From contig OZ219871.1 of the NCBI GenBank assembly GCA_964291495.2, forward strand, positions 832,001 to 896,000: DNA of 64,000 bases. The letters run 5' to 3'. The position numbers were made by a program, and so were the translations under genes. Shown piece after piece: positions 58,474 through 64,000 of the stretch. Numbering within the stretch: the stretch's first letter is position 1; each line of letters starts with the position of its first letter. Below the pieces are notes generated by a model that was not told the DNA's origin, searched no databases, and saw only the letters and a program-made list of their open reading frames with translations. The DNA is from Dehalococcoidia bacterium. GTDB lineage: Bacteria; Chloroflexota; Dehalococcoidia; UBA2979.

Positions 58474-59793
58474 GTGACGTCGCCCCCCGCCCGCGAACCC
58501 GCCGTGCAGTTGCTGCTCGACCGCGCCGCGGTCCACGACGTGCTGATGCGCTACTCGTTCGCCCTCGACCGCCGCGAGTTCGCCGAGGTGGCCTCCTGCT
58601 TCGCACCCGACGTGGGCGGCGAGTGGACCTACGGACCGATCGCCGACCGCGACGCGCTGCTGGACTACATCCGCGGCGTCGCGCGGTTCCACACGACGAT
58701 GCACTTCATGGGCAACGAGTTCATCGAGGTGAGCGGGGACCACGCCAGCCTTCAGGCCTACGCGATGCTGCTGCACCGCGCGACGCGCCGCGACGGCTCG
58801 ACGTTCGAGTACAACCCCAGCGACCGGCTCTACTCGGAACGGCTCGAGCGCCGCGAGGGCGAGTGGGTCATCGTGGAGCGCAAGGCCGAGCCGCAGTGGG
58901 CGCCGACCGGCGTGACCGGGGTCGAGCCGAGCGACCCCGCAGTGCAGTGGCTGCTCGACCGCGCCGAGATCCACGACCTGATGGCCTCGTACGCACTCGG
59001 CGTCGACCAGCGCGACTACGAGCGCGTCCGCGCCTGCTTCGCGCCAGGCTTCCGCGCCGTCTACGGCGACCACGAGTTCCGCGAGCTCGATCCGCTGATC
59101 GAGTACATCCGCGGCGTCGAGCACTTCGTATCCACCACGCACTTCATGGGCTCGCAGCTAATCGAGGTCGCCGGTGACGAGGCGACAATGCGCAGCGCCG
59201 CGATCATCAGCCAGCGCGACCCTCCCGACGGCGAGACGGAGTGGGCGATCGCCGGCAGGCGCTACACCGACCGGCTCGTCCGCCACGAGGGCCGCTGGCG
59301 CTTCGCCGAGCGGGCGCCCGACGCGGCGACCCTCCCCAGCGCGAACCCGCTGCGCCCGGCCTCGGACGACCCGGACGTGCGCACCCTGCTCGACCGAGCG
59401 GAGATCGAGGACCTGGTCGCGACGTTCGCGATCGGCCTCGACCGGCGTGACTGGGAGCTCGTGCGGTCCTGCTTTGCCCCCGAGGCCTCCGAGCACGCCG
59501 CGAGCCTGATCGCATCGCTGCGCGAGGAGCTGGCGCCGTGGCGGCGCAGCACGCACCTGCTCGGCAACCAGCGCGTCGCGATCGACGGCGACCGGGCGAG
59601 CGCCGAGACGTACGCCCTCGTCAACTACCAGCGGGCCGGCGAGCGGGCGGCGACCCACTGGAGCGAGGGCGCGCGGCGCTACCTCGACGACCTCGTGCGG
59701 GTTGAGGGCCGCTGGCGGATCGCGAGGCGGCACATCGAGGGGCCGTACTACCGCGACCCGGCGGAGTACTCCGAGGGCACTCCGGGCGACTGA
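58474..59793 (+). CDS. Protein with three tandem SnoaL/NTF2-like domains
   Basis: Three LLDRA...D.R....CFAP...H..G.....GD.A...Y...L.R.EG.W units. Confidence 0.85.
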   Translation: MTSPPAREPAVQLLLDRAAVHDVLMRYSFALDRREFAEVASCFAPDVGGEWTYGPIADRDALLDYIRGVARFHTTMHFMGNEFIEVSGDHASLQAYAMLLHRATRRDGSTFEYNPSDRLYSERLERREGEWVIVERKAEPQWAPTGVTGVEPSDPAVQWLLDRAEIHDLMASYALGVDQRDYERVRACFAPGFRAVYGDHEFRELDPLIEYIRGVEHFVSTTHFMGSQLIEVAGDEATMRSAAIISQRDPPDGETEWAIAGRRYTDRLVRHEGRWRFAERAPDAATLPSANPLRPASDDPDVRTLLDRAEIEDLVATFAIGLDRRDWELVRSCFAPEASEHAASLIASLREELAPWRRSTHLLGNQRVAIDGDRASAETYALVNYQRAGERAATHWSEGARRYLDDLVRVEGRWRIARRHIEGPYYRDPAEYSEGTPGD

Positions 59794-59802
59794 GCGTGGC
59801 TG

Positions 59803-60219
59803 CTACCCGAGGGCGTACAGCTCGTAGGTCATGACGTCGTCGCTGAGCGTGCCCTTGCCGACGACCTGCGTGGCGTTGAGCCAGTCGTAGCGCTCGTCCG
59901 GGGTCTCGATGCGGCCCGCCATCATGACCGGGCCGCCCTCGGACGCCATCTGCACGGGGCGGAAGCGGCCGAAGTAGTCGAGGTAGAGCAGCGCGTCGTC
60001 GTCGGTCTCGAGCATCGCGCGGACGTTCACCTCCGCGATCTCGCGGCCGGAGCGGTAGGTGCCGTTGACCCACACGGCCTCGGCGCGCACGCGCTCGCTC
60101 TCCCAGGTGGCGCCCGGGAGGATGCTCGTGGAGCGCCCGCCGAGCGGGCCGCGCGAGAAGCGCCACGAGTCGCCGGTGCGGACGGCCAGCGTCCCGAGGT
60201 CTGTCAGCTCGAGTGCCAT
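59803..60219 (-). CDS. DUF3237-like beta-barrel protein
   Basis: GPLG.R, LETDD.AL, ET.DERY.WLN....G.G. Confidence 0.75.
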   Translation of the reverse strand: MALELTDLGTLAVRTGDSWRFSRGPLGGRSTSILPGATWESERVRAEAVWVNGTYRSGREIAEVNVRAMLETDDDALLYLDYFGRFRPVQMASEGGPVMMAGRIETPDERYDWLNATQVVGKGTLSDDVMTYELYALG

Positions 60220-60280
60220 GCGAAGCTCCCTTCCGGAGTCCCGCCGGAGCGTACACTTGCGTCCGCGCGAGGGGGCCGCT

Positions 60281-60970
60281 GTGGAGAAGCTGATCTACGT
60301 CCTCGAGGGCGGGAGCGCGCCGCTCGCGGAGCGTCGGGCGCGGCTGGCCGAGGCGGCAGTCCCCGCGGCGCGTGGCGTCGGCGCCTCGCAGTTGGCGCTG
60401 CTGATCCCGGACCTGACGGACGAGCTCCTCGATCGCGCCCCGGCGCGCATACAGGGGGACTTTGGGCGGGTCGCCGCCGTCTTCGAGTGCTGGCTGCCCA
60501 ACCTCGACGCCCGCGCCTCCGTCGAGGAGGCGTTGCGCGCGGGCAGCGGCGACGCCGCCCTGTGGGGCTACCTCGTGACCGAGTCGACGGTGCAGGCCTG
60601 CCCGCACACGCCCGGCGAGGGCGAGCGTGTGCCCGGCGTGACGCAGTTCGCGATCAACGACAAGCCCGCGAGCGTGAGCCTCGATGACTTCTACCGCGCG
60701 TGGCAGGAGACGCACTCGCCGCGCACCTTCGCCCTGCATCCGCTGCGCGAGTCCTACATCCGCCACGCCGTCGCGCGGCGGCTCACCACCGATGCGCCGC
60801 AGTACCTCGCGATCGTCTACGAGCGCTTCCCAAGCATGGACGTCTTCACCGACGACGCCCGCTACGCGGGCGAGCGCGCCGCGATTCGCGAGGTGTTCAG
60901 GAACCTGCCGAACTTCTGGGAGCCCTCGACGGCGATCGTGGGCGCGCTCAGCGAGTACCGCTTCGCCTGA
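60281..60970 (+). CDS. EthD-like domain protein
   Basis: F...WQ..H.P......P....Y.R..V. Confidence 0.6.
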   Translation: MEKLIYVLEGGSAPLAERRARLAEAAVPAARGVGASQLALLIPDLTDELLDRAPARIQGDFGRVAAVFECWLPNLDARASVEEALRAGSGDAALWGYLVTESTVQACPHTPGEGERVPGVTQFAINDKPASVSLDDFYRAWQETHSPRTFALHPLRESYIRHAVARRLTTDAPQYLAIVYERFPSMDVFTDDARYAGERAAIREVFRNLPNFWEPSTAIVGALSEYRFA

Positions 60971-61275
60971 GGGAGGTGCGAGATGGAGATCCAGCCCGGA
61001 GACGCCGCCGTCATCACCGGCGCGGGCAGCGCATCCCTTCCGGTCCCCTCTCCCCGAGGGAGAGGGTTAGGGTGAGGGAGGGTCCGCCCTCCGGGATTGC
61101 GTTGCGCCATCGGGGCTCTCGGAGGCGCGCGGAAGTCTTCCCCCTCACCCCCGCCCTCTCCCCAGGGAGAGGGAGCCGGATCGGGCTTGTGGGAGTTTCG
61201 CAAGGGTCGCCTGAGGGAGGTGCGAGATGGAGATCCAGCCCGGAGACGCCGCCGTCATCACCGGCGCGGGCAGCG
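60963..61275. mobile_element. ~175-bp BoxC-pair element (61032-61206) flanked by an exact 69-bp direct repeat (60963-61031 / 61207-61275)
   Basis: 61039-61202 is a near-identical reverse complement of 19951-20113; the flanks are identical. Confidence 0.8.
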
Positions 61276-62034
61276 GCCTCGGCGAGGGGCTCGCGCAAGT
61301 CTGCCACGAGGCCGGCATGCGCGTCGCCGTCGCCGACATCGAGCTCGACGAGGCCGAGCGCGTGGCCTCGGAGATTCGTGAGGCCGGCGGCGAGGCGATC
61401 GCCGTGCTGACGGACGTCTCCGACCGCGCGTCGGTCGAGGCGCTGGCGGCGCGCGCCTACGAGGAGTTCGGGGAGGTGCGCCTGCTCTGCAACAACGCGG
61501 GCGTGCAGGTCTTCGATTCGCTGGTCGACACCTCGGCGGACGACTGGAGCTGGGTGCTGGGCGTGAACCTCCACGGGGTCATCAACGGCGTCGCCGCCTT
61601 CGTCCCGCGCATGCGGCCAGACCGGCGCCGCCTACATCGTCAACACCGGCTCGATCAGCGGCTGCGCTCCGTACCCGCGGCCGGCGACGATGCTGGCGGG
61701 CGCGTACATCACCTCGAAGTACGCGGTAGTCGGCCTGACGGAGTCGCTCCACGACGAGCTGGAGCCGGACGGCATCGGCGTCACCGCGCTCTGCCCGGCC
61801 GGCATCCGCTCGCGCATCTTCGATGCCGCTCGCAACCGCCCGGAGGCGCTCGGCGGAGCGGCGCCGGCGTCCGTGGATCAGTGGGAGGGCATGGAGCCCA
61901 CGGAGATCGGGCGGATGGTGCTGGACGCCGTCCGCGAGGACCGGCCCTTCGTCTTCACGGACACCTGGCCCCGCAGGTTCATCGAGCGTCGCCATCAGCG
62001 GATGATGGCAGCCTTCGATCTTCTGGAGGCGTAG
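61227..62034 (+). CDS. SDR family oxidoreductase, with an apparent frameshift near 61615
   Basis: TGAGSGLG and NNAGV in one frame; IVNTGS, Y..SK, LCP in another. Confidence 0.8.
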
Positions 62035-62042
62035 CGCCGGCG

Positions 62043-63272
62043 ATGGCGCGCGCCGTCGAGGGAGTCACAGCAGGCGGCGCGTTCGCCTCGTTCCGTGCGC
62101 CCGGCTTCCGGCGCGTCTGGCTGGGCGCCGTGCTCTACGCCCTCAGCCTCTGGGCCGAGCGCCTCGTGATCGGCTGGTTCGTGCTGGACGTGACCGGCTC
62201 GGTGCTGCTGGCCGCGCTCTCGCTCGGCATCCGCGGAATTCCCAACCTCGTGCTGGGTCCGGTCAGCGGGGCGGTCTCCGACCGTTTCCCGCGCGGCCGG
62301 GTACTGGCCGTGACCTCACTCGTGCGCGGCGTGGCGGTAGCGCTGATGTCGCTCGTGGTGATCGTCGACGTGGCGACGGTCCCGCTCATGCTCGCGCTGG
62401 TGCTCGTGACGGGCTCCGCGGCGCCGTTCCACATCACCTCGCTGATGCCGCTGCAGGCGGAGATCGTGGGAACGGCCCGCCTCGGGAACGCGATCACCCT
62501 CACATCATTCGGTCAGCAAGTAGTGGGGGCCGTTGGCGCGATCGGCGGCGGCGCGCTGATCGGCTGGCTCGGACCGGAACCGACCTTGCTCGTGGCCGCG
62601 CTGCCGCTCGTCGGCTCCGCCCTGGTCTTCGCCGGGCTGCAGCCATCGGCGCGGCCATCCCCCGTGCGAGCGCCGCTCTTCCGCGAGGTGCTGAACGGCC
62701 TCCGGGTCCTGGCGAGGACGCCGGCGGTGCGGCTGCTGCTGGGGATGATGATCGCCGCTACGATCCTCGGCTTCTCGTTCGCCAGCATGCTGCCCGCAGT
62801 GGCTGAACGGATCCTCGAGGTGGGCCCGGAGGGCCTCGGCGTGCTCACGGCGGGGGTGGCCGTGGGTGCGGTGCTCGGCACCGCGCTGCTCCTGCTCGCG
62901 ATCGATCGGCTGCCGCACGGGCTGATGCTGGTGGCGGTGTTCGTGACGTTCGGCCTGCTCGTGGTCGTGCTCGGGAACTCGACGATCTTCTGGCTCTCGG
63001 TCGCCGCGACCGCCGGCATCGGCGTCTCGGCCGCGATGGTCGACTCGCTGCAGTGGACCATGCTGCAGGTGAGCGTGGGGCCCGAACTGCGCGGACGCGC
63101 CGTCGGCGGCTGGAACTTCGCGATCGGCTGGAGCTGGGTCGGCCCGGTCGCGCTCGGCGCGCTGGCGGAGGCGACGAGCGTAGGGGCGGCACTGACGTTG
63201 AGCGGGGCGCTGCTCGTCGTCTTCTCGCTCGCCTGCCTCGCTCTCTCGCCGATGCTGCGGGAACGGCGCTGA
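62043..63272 (+). CDS. MFS transporter, paralog 1
   Basis: About 12 hydrophobic segments; GAVSDRFPR; ELRGRAVG. Confidence 0.88.
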   Translation: MARAVEGVTAGGAFASFRAPGFRRVWLGAVLYALSLWAERLVIGWFVLDVTGSVLLAALSLGIRGIPNLVLGPVSGAVSDRFPRGRVLAVTSLVRGVAVALMSLVVIVDVATVPLMLALVLVTGSAAPFHITSLMPLQAEIVGTARLGNAITLTSFGQQVVGAVGAIGGGALIGWLGPEPTLLVAALPLVGSALVFAGLQPSARPSPVRAPLFREVLNGLRVLARTPAVRLLLGMMIAATILGFSFASMLPAVAERILEVGPEGLGVLTAGVAVGAVLGTALLLLAIDRLPHGLMLVAVFVTFGLLVVVLGNSTIFWLSVAATAGIGVSAAMVDSLQWTMLQVSVGPELRGRAVGGWNFAIGWSWVGPVALGALAEATSVGAALTLSGALLVVFSLACLALSPMLRERR

Positions 63273-63315
63273 GGATGACGGCCGCCCCCGACGTGCTGGA
63301 GACGTAGCAACCGCG

Positions 63316-64000
63316 ATGGCCGGCGCAAGCGAGGGAGATGGCGCGACGGCGAGCGGCGTGTTCGCCATGTTCCGCGTGCCCCGGTTCCGGCGGGTCTGGC
63401 TGGGCGCGGTGCTGTTCGCGCTCGGCTTCTGGATGGAGCGCCTCGCGGTCGGCTGGTTCGTCCTCGATCTGACCGGTTCGGTGCTGCTCGCCGCGCTCTC
63501 GCTCGGCATCCGCGCGATTCCGAACCTCGTACTGGGCCCCATTGGCGGGGCGGTGTCCGACCGCCTGCCGCGAGGTCGCGTGCTGGCAGCCGCCGCGCTC
63601 GTGCGCGCCCTCGCCGTCGCCCTGATGGCGCTCGTCGTGATCGTCGACGTGGCGACGGTCCCGCTGCTGTTCGCCCTCGTGCTTGTGACGAGCTCGACGC
63701 TGGCGTTCCACATCACCTCGCTGCAGGCGCTCCAGGCGGAGATCGCGGGGACGGCGCGCCTCGCGAACGCGATCAGCCTGACCACGTTCGGCGAGCGCGC
63801 GGTGGGCGCCGTCGGCGCGCTCGGCGGCGGCGCGCTGATCGGCTGGCTCGGGCCCGAACCGACCTTCCTCGCAGCCGCGCTGTCGCTCGCCTGTGCCGCG
63901 GTGGTCTTCGCCGGCCTGCGTCCCCCGGCGCAGCTGCCCGTGGCGCGGGCGCACCTGTTCCGCGAGGTGCTGGACGGCCTGCGAATGCTCGCGGGGACGC
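63316..64000 (+). CDS. MFS transporter, paralog 2 (3'-partial)
   Basis: Starts MAGASEGDG; DNA clearly similar to 62043 onward. Confidence 0.85.
   Translation, partial: MAGASEGDGATASGVFAMFRVPRFRRVWLGAVLFALGFWMERLAVGWFVLDLTGSVLLAALSLGIRAIPNLVLGPIGGAVSDRLPRGRVLAAAALVRALAVALMALVVIVDVATVPLLFALVLVTSSTLAFHITSLQALQAEIAGTARLANAISLTTFGERAVGAVGALGGGALIGWLGPEPTFLAAALSLACAAVVFAGLRPPAQLPVARAHLFREVLDGLRMLAGT

Noticed and set aside
61227-63272. 681-aa SDR-MFS fusion in the ORF track
   Set aside because: Artefact of the frameshift near 61615; the SDR C-terminus is in another frame ending 62034, and the MFS has its own ATG at 62043
1-64000. tRNA, rRNA or tmRNA genes
   Set aside because: None recognised by eye; tRNAscan-SE/Infernal would be needed to exclude small RNAs

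Overview
High-GC bacterial chromosome segment. Gene content (a CaiB/LLM/acyl-CoA dehydrogenase expansion and a GAAC-N4-GTTC SOS box) suggests Chloroflexota/Dehalococcoidia, but this is inferred. Bases 1-~18.7 kb are the right part of an integrative, probably conjugative element inserted in the 3' end of dnaN. It carries a VirD4-like ATPase, a Replic_Relax protein, ImmA/ImmR-like genes, HTH regulators, McrBC and a large serine recombinase. The most striking feature is a ~1.5 kb segment holding a Cre-like tyrosine recombinase and bounded by two inverted 11-6-11 sites. Inverting it would join a promoter, an AGGAGG RBS and an ATG in frame to a ~1650-aa exported protein (PEP/pyruvate-binding domain plus Fn3/Ig-like repeats). 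As assembled, that ATG yields only an 8-aa peptide, so this looks like a phase-variation switch in the OFF state. The rest is core genome: dnaN, a tetrapyrrole operon, dinB, a riboflavin operon, an ECF sigma/anti-sigma pair, fba, lepB, pyrE and a CoA-transferase/PrpF/PrpB/ACAD catabolic region. It also has three toxin-antitoxin loci, BoxC-like palindromic repeats and two small insertions flanked by long (69 and 142 bp) direct repeats. Three apparent frameshifts may be assembly errors. All protein assignments come from motif recognition by eye; no database searches were run.
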